A stretch of DNA of 64,000 bases from a virus, in IMG/VR virus record IMGVR_UViG_3300005264_000008, positions 18,229 through 82,228 of that record; one strand, given 5' to 3'. Position numbers and translations under genes: made by a program. Below the pieces are notes generated by a model. The model saw nothing but the letters and a program-made list of their open reading frames with translations, ran no database searches and was not told the origin of the DNA. The number at the start of each line of letters is the position of its first letter. Position 1 is the stretch's first letter. Of the stretch, positions 53,704 through 62,898 are shown piece by piece.

Positions 53704-53839
53704 CTTTAACATTTTATTGGTTTTCATTTACTTTTTTTCGTTGTGTAAATAGCAACTTTTATCTTGACTTTTAACGGTTTACCATTGATTTACATTGTGC
53801 TGAAAAAAGCAAATGAAAACCAATAAGTTAGACGTTATG
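53704..53839 (-). mobile_element. attC-like site
   Basis: Minus strand ACATAAC...TTATTGGTTTTCATTT / AAATGAAAACCAATAA...GTTAAAG; 16-bp perfect arms. Confidence 0.8.
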
Positions 53840-54019
53840 TTTCACCATTTGAACTATACAATTTTCTTAATCGTAAAGTTTTAAAATAATAATAACAAGA
53901 AATTTTAAATAGACGAGAACTATACCTACCAGATAAATGACTTGATATAGTCCCCTATTCAATTTCAAACGCACTTGCAAGCATTGTTATATTAATATTA
54001 TACAAGTGCATTGATTCTT

Positions 54020-54319
54020 TTATTTATTGTTATCATAAATTTTTTTTAAGCGTAAAACATCAGACTCATTCAACAGAAATAAATCACATAATTCTGTTGA
54101 TGGAAAATGGTTTTTATATGATTGGAAAACCACTATATCCTTAATAGCTTGCATTTTATTTACATCCAAAAGATTAAACCATTTTCTTTTTTCTAATTCT
54201 GAAAATGTTTTTTTAACTAAATCGTCAGGCATTGCATCTTCGCCTAAGCGAACGCAATATTTAGAAACTGAGCTTATTATTGTTCGTAAGCTTTTAATTT
54301 CAATATCTGATAAAGTCAT
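54020..54319 (-). CDS. hypothetical protein (cassette-like)
   Basis: Followed on the minus strand by ATATAAC-AATGCTTGC at ~53975-53992. Confidence 0.55.
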   Translation of the reverse strand: MTLSDIEIKSLRTIISSVSKYCVRLGEDAMPDDLVKKTFSELEKRKWFNLLDVNKMQAIKDIVVFQSYKNHFPSTELCDLFLLNESDVLRLKKIYDNNK

Positions 54320-54673
54320 AATTTTTAGATTAAATGATTGTTAATTACTTGCAATATACGAACTTTATTTTAAATATGCAAACTTTATGCTATTTATTTT
54401 GAAATTTTTAGTGTAAGTAGAAAATTCAAAACTCACATTTCCGTTTCCAAATAAATATATTTTATTCATGTCTCTAATTGTATTTTGATATATTTTAGGA
54501 ACTAGTTTGCGAAATAACTTTATTATCATCACCGATAAAATCATCAATCTCAGATGGAATATCTTCTTTGAATATTTCCATCAATAATTTCATTTCAGGA
54601 AACACATCATCAGGTAATACTTCCAAATCCATCATTTCCCATTTATTTTTGTCTATATGTTTCATATGCTTGA

Positions 54674-55006
54674 TTATTTTACCGCTATTGAAAAGCGTTG
54701 TAATTGGATACCATTACTTCCGCCATTTTTCAACTCAAATTTACATTTCAGAGAACACCATATCTTATCAGCGGTAATTCTAAACTCAATTTCAAGCCAA
54801 AAAGCAGAATACATCATCTGCTGGAGTTTTGTAAGGTTGTGCTCCAAATCCACATTATTAATGAAATCATCGGTTCTCAATATTTGATATGTGTCGTTTG
54901 CAAAATCCGTTCGCTCCAATATCCAAAACTTTATATTATTTATAGCAGTTAAAACTGAAACTTCCATATTAATATTTTCTAGTTGGTTTGTTTTTAGGTT
55001 TCCCAT
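54674..55006 (-). CDS. hypothetical protein
   Basis: 110-aa ORF directly downstream of the CCA enzyme. Confidence 0.45.
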   Translation of the reverse strand: MGNLKTNQLENINMEVSVLTAINNIKFWILERTDFANDTYQILRTDDFINNVDLEHNLTKLQQMMYSAFWLEIEFRITADKIWCSLKCKFELKNGGSNGIQLQRFSIAVK

Positions 55007-55020
55007 AATTTATTTATTAA

Positions 55021-56433
55021 TTATTTTTCAAAAATTGAAAGTTGTTTTGATGACATATTTTTTAAATAATCTACACTTTCATCATAAGTCAGATTTGGAT
55101 TTTCAAAATAAGCATCTTCCAATGCTCGCAAATATGTTCCGATTTTCGCACCTTTTACATTAAATAATGACATTACATCATTACCATTTAAAGGTAATTT
55201 AATATGTTGTTCGTTTGATGTAACATCGCTTAAATTCTCCAAACGAAGTTTAACTGCTTTAACTTGATTTGGCATACATGAATCATCACTATGTGACATG
55301 TTGTCTGCATGAATTAAATTTAACATTTTATCCATATCAATAATCTTGTTACGGAACTTTCTAAGTGATTTATCCGTAATACCATTTCCATCATCACCAG
55401 CAATTTTTAAGCCCATGTGATTTTTGATTAAATTAGTTATATTATTGATTTCCACAGTTGAATATTTCAATCGTTTTAAAATAGTTGTTGCAATATTCAC
55501 TCCTACGTTCTCATGATTGATAAAATGAATAACACCATTATCATTAGTAGCAGTATCATATTTACCAATATCATGTAATAAACTAGATAATCTAGTAATT
55601 AAGTCATTTGATGTTAATGATACTACTGACAGTGTGTGTCGATACGCATCATCTTTATGATGTTTATTTTGTTCTAATCCAACTAAGTTTAACAGTTCAG
55701 GAATGAAATGTTTCAATAATCCTGTTACACGTAATAATTCAATTGCTTTAACTGGATTAGGACTTATCATCATCTTATTGAATTCCGATTGGATTCGTTC
55801 CATCGAAATAATTGATAGTCTGTAACTATTTTCAGTAATAGCATCTACCATATAATCAGGAAGTTCCCAATTGTACTTAACAGTGAAACGAATTGCACGT
55901 AGCATTCGTAAAGGGTCATCATTGAAAATAGTATCTGGTTCTAGTGATGTACGAATAATCCCCTTTTTTATGTCATCTACACCATGCCCTGTTAAATCTA
56001 ATACGTTACCATTAGATACGTTTTTTAACAGCGAATTTACCGTAAAATCACGTCTAAGAACGTCATCTTTAAGTGACCCATATGATGTGATTGGGTTTCT
56101 GCTGTTTGATTCATATTCTTCCTTGCGTGTCATGACACATTCAATGTCAATTTCACTTAAATCGAATCCATCTACAATGACCCCTTTTAATTTGAACATT
56201 GCTGTGCCGAATGTTTCAAAAACAACAGGTGTAAAATCTACATGATTTTTACACATGAAGTTAGTAAATTCTATGCCTCCATTTGGCATATTAATTACCA
56301 AATCGATGTCTTTGGGTGTTAAACCCATGATTTCATCACGGACAAACCCACCTGCAATAAACACTTTGTTTTCAAACTTGGTGTTTTCAATACACCTTTT
56401 TAAAAAATTTATTGCTCTCTTTTCGTTTGTCAT
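55021..56433 (-). CDS. cca: CCA-adding tRNA nucleotidyltransferase with HD domain
   Basis: AGGFVRD, KDIDL, RRDFTVN, DDPLRMLRA.RF, ERI..E, LLHDIGK. Confidence 0.92.
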   Translation of the reverse strand: MTNEKRAINFLKRCIENTKFENKVFIAGGFVRDEIMGLTPKDIDLVINMPNGGIEFTNFMCKNHVDFTPVVFETFGTAMFKLKGVIVDGFDLSEIDIECVMTRKEEYESNSRNPITSYGSLKDDVLRRDFTVNSLLKNVSNGNVLDLTGHGVDDIKKGIIRTSLEPDTIFNDDPLRMLRAIRFTVKYNWELPDYMVDAITENSYRLSIISMERIQSEFNKMMISPNPVKAIELLRVTGLLKHFIPELLNLVGLEQNKHHKDDAYRHTLSVVSLTSNDLITRLSSLLHDIGKYDTATNDNGVIHFINHENVGVNIATTILKRLKYSTVEINNITNLIKNHMGLKIAGDDGNGITDKSLRKFRNKIIDMDKMLNLIHADNMSHSDDSCMPNQVKAVKLRLENLSDVTSNEQHIKLPLNGNDVMSLFNVKGAKIGTYLRALEDAYFENPNLTYDESVDYLKNMSSKQLSIFEK

Positions 56434-56451
56434 GGTAATTATTTTAAAGAT

Positions 56452-56515
56452 TTATAGTGCAAATATAATTTATATAACTTTAATATAAAAATAAAAAATG
56501 TTAAAAAATGTTAAA
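56452..56515 (-). promoter_or_regulatory. early/host-sigma promoter, copy of 27083-27145
   Basis: About 62-bp near-identical repeat containing TATATTTG. Confidence 0.7.
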
Positions 56516-56541
56516 TAACTTTAAAATTAATATTTTGACAA

Positions 56542-56972
56542 CTACTCCGCAATCGATTTTAATAATTCGTGAATGATTTCGATATTGGAATTTCTCCACG
56601 TACACGAGCCATAAGACACTGATTTTTCTGTATAATGATGTGAATTAGCTTTTAAATGTCGCTCACATTCTTTTGCAGTCAAAAACGTGTTTTTATAAAC
56701 TTTTTTTTCTTTATAAGGTAGTCTCACAAAATCGAATTCGGTTTCTAAATAATCACAAAAATCAATATGACTAAAATCATTAAAGTCAATTGTATTGATG
56801 CTATCTTGTTTGTTTTCATAACAAAAACATCTTCAGTTAAAAATCGCCCATCACCACATGACGGTTCTAATATCTTCTTTTGTAGGATGTTGTCATTATT
56901 AAACACAACATCATCAAGTATTTTAATAACAATGTAGTTTGGAGTGAAAATTTGACCCAATTTATTTTTCAT
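56542..56972 (-). pseudogene. deletion scar: N-terminus of an N6-adenine methyltransferase joined out of frame to the 3' part of another gene
   Basis: LGQIFTP...ILEPSCGDGRFL then abrupt loss of similarity; a second frame runs on into ORF 56542-56727. Confidence 0.65.
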
Positions 56973-57409
56973 TACGATAATAAAGTGTTACATAATTTAC
57001 CAACTATTTTTTTATCATACTGTCCATTATATTTTTGTGTTAGATATACCATTATATCTTTTATATTTCGTTTATTATTATAACCATTTTTTTGAATTAT
57101 TGTTTTCACAATATCTTCCAACTCAACATCTGACATTTTAGTTGGTAAAAATTGTTTAATTATTTTAATTTCATACATCTCACTATTATATAACTCTGGT
57201 CGGTTTTGTTGTTTATATAACAACGATTGGTCAATTCTCTTTTGACAGTATCTATCCAATATATCAATTATTTCATTGTCACTTAACACATTTAATTTTT
57301 CTTTTTGTGTTGTTTCTACTAAGTTGATTAAATTTTTCAAAACCAATCGTTTTGCAACATTTTTTGATTTCAATGCCTTGACAGATTCAGACTTCAATTT
57401 TGTTAACAT
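56972..57409 (-). CDS. GatB/YqeY domain protein
   Basis: ALKSK...LK.L, R.....Y....R.EL...E..E...I..FLP..MS. Confidence 0.8.
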   Translation of the reverse strand: MLTKLKSESVKALKSKNVAKRLVLKNLINLVETTQKEKLNVLSDNEIIDILDRYCQKRIDQSLLYKQQNRPELYNSEMYEIKIIKQFLPTKMSDVELEDIVKTIIQKNGYNNKRNIKDIMVYLTQKYNGQYDKKIVGKLCNTLLS

Positions 57410-57470
57410 AATTTTATATTTTATATAAATAAAGTAATTTTATTTCACTATTTATATAAAATACAATAAT

Positions 57471-58337
57471 ATGATAGTAAATAAATATAAATCACGTATA
57501 TTAAACATGATTATAATTACCATGATTATAATCATTAATAACATAATATACATCAAATATTTTTATGATTTCAATATAGTTTTATGTAAAACAGATGTAT
57601 TTGTAGTTATTTTTTTAATATTATCATTTATAACAATTATATTATTATTTCATAACATAATACACCGTTCAAAAGTAGAATATAAAGATAAAATGAATAA
57701 AATGATATTATACAATATAAAAAGTATAGTACACGATTTCAAATCACCGATTAAAACACTAAATGGATTGATATTTTTACTCTCGAATAAATTAAAAAAT
57801 AATAATGACAACTCCATACAAGAATATTCAAAAAAAATAACAACGTTACTAGAATATTTCAACGAAATTATTAATAGTAATTTACGAGTATTTTTAAATC
57901 ATTCACGAATGGAAAATACTAAAATAGAATTATATGATGTCATTAATATGACAACAAATTTAATTCATTACAATTTAAAAGATATTGATATAATATTGGA
58001 TGATTCCTTAAAAGATAAATTCATATATACCGATACATATATATTAATACGTATTATACAAAATATATTAACTAATATACAACATCATAACAAAACACTT
58101 GAATATATCAAAATATATTATAAAAATAGCAATGGACATAATATTATATTTGAAAATAATTGTCCTGAAGCACGAAATATCAAAAGACACATTAGACGTA
58201 ATTACAAAAAATCAATATATGGACTTGGATTAACAATTATACGTGAATTATTATATAAAATAAATGGAAAAATAACATTTTCCACAATAAAAAACATTAA
58301 AAATCAAACAATAATAAATTTTAAAAATTTGAAATAA
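57471..58337 (+). CDS. membrane histidine-kinase-like protein, degenerate
   Basis: Two TM helices, H box IVHDFKSPI, N box IIQNILTN, G2 box GLGLTII. Confidence 0.7.
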   Translation: MIVNKYKSRILNMIIITMIIIINNIIYIKYFYDFNIVLCKTDVFVVIFLILSFITIILLFHNIIHRSKVEYKDKMNKMILYNIKSIVHDFKSPIKTLNGLIFLLSNKLKNNNDNSIQEYSKKITTLLEYFNEIINSNLRVFLNHSRMENTKIELYDVINMTTNLIHYNLKDIDIILDDSLKDKFIYTDTYILIRIIQNILTNIQHHNKTLEYIKIYYKNSNGHNIIFENNCPEARNIKRHIRRNYKKSIYGLGLTIIRELLYKINGKITFSTIKNIKNQTIINFKNLK

Positions 58338-58380
58338 TTTTTTTATATTTATATAAAAGAAACAATAAAAAATATAAACA

Positions 58381-60753
58381 ATGATAACAGAAATGATAAG
58401 TCCAAATGTATACCAAACAGAACAAGATATTTCATATCTACCACAAACATCACAAGCAGGTGAATTAGTTATTATCGGAACAACTGAAATGGGTGAGGCA
58501 TTCATTCCAACTGATATTACTAGTGTAACAGAATTTAATACAAAATACGGATATAGTAATAAATATAATTATGTACCACAAACGGTATATAATTTCCTAA
58601 AATATGGAAATATTACAACTGTAGTTCGTTTAATGAGTGAAAATGGTTATACACATGATAGTACTATTGCAATAGCATTTGAAGTTGTAGAAGATGCTAC
58701 ACAAAGTATAATTGCATTATTACACAGAGCAGAAGGTTCAACTAAAATAATTGGAGACGATGCTCAGATAAATATTACAATAACACATATATCAGGACAC
58801 GAATATACTGCAAATATTGAAGTTACTGATGGTGCATATGCAAGTTTAACTGAATCATATACTTTCTCATTAGTTTCAACTGCATCAAATTACATATCAA
58901 AAGTATTTTCAACATCACCACAAACAAGTAAATTGGTATATTTATATAATATATTTGATGAGAAAATTAGTGAATTAATAACGTATATTACATCTGAAGG
59001 ATATACATATACATTAGAAGATACATCATTTGATTTAGATTTTGATAGTGTTCCTTACACACGTGCTTCTACACCGTGGATTATATCACAATTTACCGAT
59101 TCAAATGATTCATATAATAAGTTATTCAAATTTAATACATTTTCACAAGGAAATAACATGAATAAAAAAGTGAAAATTTCACTTGAAAATATTAAATACG
59201 CATCAGAAGTACCAAATAGTGATTATGGAACATTTACAGTATTAGTACGAGAATTTGATGATACTGATGTACGTCCTGTTGTACTTGAACGCTTTAATAA
59301 TGTAACATTAAATCCAACTGATACTAATTATATTGCACGTGTTATTGGTGATAGTTATAAAACTATAGTTGGAAATAAAATCATCAAACATGGTAATTAT
59401 GCTAATTTAAGTAATTATATTTATGTTGAAATCAATGCCGATGTTAATAATGGAACAACATCACCCGAATTAGTTCCATTTGGATTTGAGAAATTACAAG
59501 TGCCAGTAATTGACAGTACAATCGAGAATTCATTTCCAATTACTAAATTAATAACATTACAAGATATTTCAGGAGTATATAATACTAAAGTATATCATGG
59601 TTATAATTTCGATTCAGCGGATAATATCCAATATTTAATGCAAATAGCCACATCAAATGGAACAAGTTTAGTTAATAATATCAATACATTATTTAATTTA
59701 GATAATTGTATTATACATAATGATGCATCACAAGATGCAGGTGCAAATGTTGGTGATAGTTCTTTATTGTCAGCACGTAAATTTTCAATACCATTCCAAA
59801 ATGGATTTGATGGTGATGACCCTGCTAAATATAAAGCAATTGATGGTGAAATTACAAGTTCAAATGTATTTGGATTCGATTGTGGTGACGCAAATGCAAC
59901 TGGAACAGCATTATACAAAAAAGCATTTTTAATACTATCAAATGTCGATGTATATGATTTTAATATTTTAACAACACCAGGTATAAATTATAGATTACAT
60001 CCAGCTGTAATTACAAGTGGTATTAACTTATGTGAACTTAGAGGAGACGTTATATATTTAACTGACATTTCTGCGAAAGACGATTCAGTTGCAACAGCAA
60101 CAAATGCAACTTCAACATTAGATACCAATTTTGCTTCTACTTATTTTCCGTGGGGAAAACTATTTGACAGTGATACTAATTCATATCGATGGATGCCAAC
60201 TTCAGTATTTGTTCCACAAGCAATTGCATTTAATGATAAAATAGGTTATCAATGGAATGCACCAGCAGGACTAAATCGTGGTGTACTTGATAATGTTTTA
60301 GATGTAGCAATCGAATTAGATATTAATGAACGTGATGAATTATACGAAGCAAACATTAATCCAATTGCAACATTTAAAGAAGGAATCACAGTGTGGGGAC
60401 AAAAAACATTACAACAAAAATCAAGTGCACTTGATAGAGTTAATGTTAGAAGATTATTAATTAACTTAAAGAAATACACTAATTCAAAAGTTAAATATAG
60501 TGTATTTGAAGGAAATACACAAGTTACCCGAAATAAAATAATCAATATATTAAGTCCTTATTTGGATAGAGTTCAACAAAAAGGTGGATTATATGCGTAT
60601 AAAATTATAATGGATGAAACAAATAATACGGCAGATGTAATTGATAGGAATATGCTTAAAGGAAAAATTGCAATTAAACCTACTAAAACCGCTGAAATAA
60701 TTGACATTACATGGTCAATAGTTGGGTCTGATTTTGATTTAGAAACTATATAA
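58381..60753 (+). CDS. contractile tail sheath protein (gp18-like)
   Basis: SPNVY..E.D, W.APAGLNRG, LYEANINPI, WGQKTLQ, LDRVNVRRLL. Confidence 0.95.
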   Translation: MITEMISPNVYQTEQDISYLPQTSQAGELVIIGTTEMGEAFIPTDITSVTEFNTKYGYSNKYNYVPQTVYNFLKYGNITTVVRLMSENGYTHDSTIAIAFEVVEDATQSIIALLHRAEGSTKIIGDDAQINITITHISGHEYTANIEVTDGAYASLTESYTFSLVSTASNYISKVFSTSPQTSKLVYLYNIFDEKISELITYITSEGYTYTLEDTSFDLDFDSVPYTRASTPWIISQFTDSNDSYNKLFKFNTFSQGNNMNKKVKISLENIKYASEVPNSDYGTFTVLVREFDDTDVRPVVLERFNNVTLNPTDTNYIARVIGDSYKTIVGNKIIKHGNYANLSNYIYVEINADVNNGTTSPELVPFGFEKLQVPVIDSTIENSFPITKLITLQDISGVYNTKVYHGYNFDSADNIQYLMQIATSNGTSLVNNINTLFNLDNCIIHNDASQDAGANVGDSSLLSARKFSIPFQNGFDGDDPAKYKAIDGEITSSNVFGFDCGDANATGTALYKKAFLILSNVDVYDFNILTTPGINYRLHPAVITSGINLCELRGDVIYLTDISAKDDSVATATNATSTLDTNFASTYFPWGKLFDSDTNSYRWMPTSVFVPQAIAFNDKIGYQWNAPAGLNRGVLDNVLDVAIELDINERDELYEANINPIATFKEGITVWGQKTLQQKSSALDRVNVRRLLINLKKYTNSKVKYSVFEGNTQVTRNKIINILSPYLDRVQQKGGLYAYKIIMDETNNTADVIDRNMLKGKIAIKPTKTAEIIDITWSIVGSDFDLETI

Positions 60754-60822
60754 TATAATAAAAAGACTATGATATTTATATTGTGGTCTTTTCTTTCAAA
60801 TTGAAAAGCAAACAAAATAACA

Positions 60823-61121
60823 TGACACTCATTGAACAAATCTCATCTAATATAATACACGAAATTAAACAATTATCATTTCTAAATAAAAAAACATATG
60901 AACTTGTTAAATCGAAATTAACAACAAGCGAATGGAATACAAATATATTAGATGGTAAACATATAACAGATAGTACTGCTAAATATTTAAAAAATCGAGT
61001 TGATGAAATATTATCTGAAATTGGTATGTCAGTTGTGTTAGGTAAAAATTATAATACTAAATTGACAGAATTATTTGAAACAATTTCAATTTATTATGGA
61101 TATATAACAAAATACAAATAA
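60823..61121 (+). CDS. hypothetical protein
   Basis: MTLIEQISSNIIHEIK; weakly leader-like. Confidence 0.5.
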
Positions 61122-61176
61122 AATAATTAAATGTGATTATTTTATTAAAATAATCAATAATCAATAATCAATAATT

Positions 61177-61731
61177 ATGAAACTAACAAAAAAACAATTA
61201 ACAGAAATAATCAATGAATCAATTCAAAAATATTTGAATGAATCTAGTGCAGGTATCACAATCAAAGAATATATCAATAAATTAGAAAAAGAAATACAAA
61301 AAATATTTCCTAAATCGCTTGCATCTGTTCGTTTACACAAGGGATTAATGCCATCTATAGTTATTGTATTTGGGATTGGTAAGGATAAATCCGAATGGCA
61401 AAATGGTATTCTTCGTAATGACCCTGTTGTACATAAATTAAGTATATTTTTTGAAGATATATCTGAAAATGGTTCTTTGACAGAAACTGATTTACTTCCA
61501 CAAGTATTATCATTTGACGTATCAATTGGTGGACGTATTACAATTAAAGCGACAGATGGATTTTCAGCATATTCATCAATGAAAACAGGTATTAGAAAGA
61601 AAAAAGGAAATCCAGACCAAATATTTAAACATATAGTTAATTATTTTAAAAAATTAAAGACTATTTGGGTAAACAATCTTGATAAATTAGATGATGAGCA
61701 TTATAAATTATATGGTAAAAAATATAAATAA
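61177..61731 (+). CDS. leader-family protein
   Basis: MKLTKKQLTEIINESIQKYLNE. Confidence 0.7.
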   Translation: MKLTKKQLTEIINESIQKYLNESSAGITIKEYINKLEKEIQKIFPKSLASVRLHKGLMPSIVIVFGIGKDKSEWQNGILRNDPVVHKLSIFFEDISENGSLTETDLLPQVLSFDVSIGGRITIKATDGFSAYSSMKTGIRKKKGNPDQIFKHIVNYFKKLKTIWVNNLDKLDDEHYKLYGKKYK

Positions 61732-61739
61732 TCAATAAC

Positions 61740-61931
61740 ATGAAGACAGAAAAAATATGTATTAATCATGATTGCCCATTAAGGAAAATATGTAAAACAT
61801 ACAACAAAGAAAAATATACAAATATATTAAATATTCCGAGAGAAAAATTTCAATATAGTATCGAAAAATCACCAAATACAAATAAAATAATTAAATGTGA
61901 TTATTTTATTAAAATAATCAATAATCAATAA
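61740..61931 (+). CDS. small Cys-rich protein
   Basis: C....CP....C ... CDYF. Confidence 0.55.
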   Translation: MKTEKICINHDCPLRKICKTYNKEKYTNILNIPREKFQYSIEKSPNTNKIIKCDYFIKIINNQ

Positions 61932-61940
61932 TCAATAATT

Positions 61941-62207
61941 ATGAAACTAACAAAAAAACAATTAACTGGGATAATTAGTGAAACAATTACTAAATATCTA
62001 AATGAATCACAAATAACAAACTATGGATTTGTATTTAGTCGCAAGAATGGATTTAAAGTAATAGCAATATGGGATAAAAAACACAATGAATCAATTTCTT
62101 TATTTGCACAAAATATACAAAATACAACTAAATTCACAGATGCTGATTATATGACATTTACATCATTAACCAAAATGAATGAATACTTATTGAAATATGC
62201 ATATTAA
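61941..62207 (+). CDS. leader-family protein
   Basis: MKLTKKQLTGIISETITKYLNE. Confidence 0.7.
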   Translation: MKLTKKQLTGIISETITKYLNESQITNYGFVFSRKNGFKVIAIWDKKHNESISLFAQNIQNTTKFTDADYMTFTSLTKMNEYLLKYAY

Positions 62208-62291
62208 TTATTCAATAAGAGTACTAAATATCAATTCTAAACAACTATAATTTTAAATGGTAGTTTGTAATCAGTTCATTATGTACGAAGC

Positions 62292-62339
62292 TATAACTAG
62301 CCAAAACAACATCTAAATATATTGTTTTGGCTAGTTATA
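62292..62339. repeat. long inverted repeat, similar to 10726-10775
   Basis: TATAACTAGCCAAAACAA ... TTGTTTTGGCTAGTTATA. Confidence 0.8.
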
Positions 62340-62347
62340 ATATAACA

Positions 62348-62393
62348 AAACAAAAAAAATCTTATTATTTATTTAATAAGATTTTTTTTGTTT
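62348..62393. terminator. bidirectional terminator
   Basis: AAACAAAAAAAATCTTATTA...TAATAAGATTTTTTTTGTTT. Confidence 0.65.
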
Positions 62394-62395
62394 AA

Positions 62396-62467
62396 AGACT
62401 CTGACGAGATTCGAACCCATATCTGAACGTTCGTAGCGTACTGTTCTGACCATTGAACTACAGTGTC
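62396..62467 (-). tRNA. tRNA-Arg(ACG), several stem mismatches
   Basis: Loop CTACGAA, D arm GTTC/GAAC, GGTTCGAATC. Confidence 0.75.
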
Positions 62468-62498
62468 AATTATCAATTAAAATAAGATACCGCCTATA

Positions 62499-62870
62499 TT
62501 AAAACATACCATTGAATCGTTTCCATATCTCAGTACGTGTTTGTTTATCCAATGAACTAGATTTCATTGCTTTTGTCAATGCAAGCGTCATTCCGACTCT
62601 ATCGCTGTGTTTATCAATCGGATTTAATATTGCAATTCCAATTGAACTTTCTTTTTGTGTAGACTGTTCAAGTGGCATACTATAATTATCAAAGCTAATC
62701 AATATATAATTATTATCACATTGTGTGTCAGCATCTGTATTCTTAGTCACATTAAGATAACATTTTATAATATCTCTTTGTTTAAATTCACCTTCTACAA
62801 ATATATTAGTAGATTTTTTTTCAAATATTATTTCTGTAACTGTTTTTTTGTTTTTGTTTATTAATACCAT
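62499..62870 (-). CDS. hypothetical protein
   Basis: G.A..NP.D.....G..LAL..A pattern. Confidence 0.6.
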   Translation of the reverse strand: MVLINKNKKTVTEIIFEKKSTNIFVEGEFKQRDIIKCYLNVTKNTDADTQCDNNYILISFDNYSMPLEQSTQKESSIGIAILNPIDKHSDRVGMTLALTKAMKSSSLDKQTRTEIWKRFNGMF

Positions 62871-62898
62871 ATTATTATGTTTTTAGAACGTTTTAATG

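Larger units (their letters stand above)
61110..61966 (+). repeat. 93-bp direct repeat (61110-61202 and 61874-61966)
   Basis: Identical upstream region plus the first ~9 codons of the leader; offset 764 bp. Confidence 0.9.

Noticed and set aside
616-62864. Many short antisense or overlapping ORFs in the track (e.g. 13147-13599, 20477-21034, 55871-56245, 59601-59918)
   Set aside because: They are shadows of well-supported genes on the opposite strand or frame, with no motifs.
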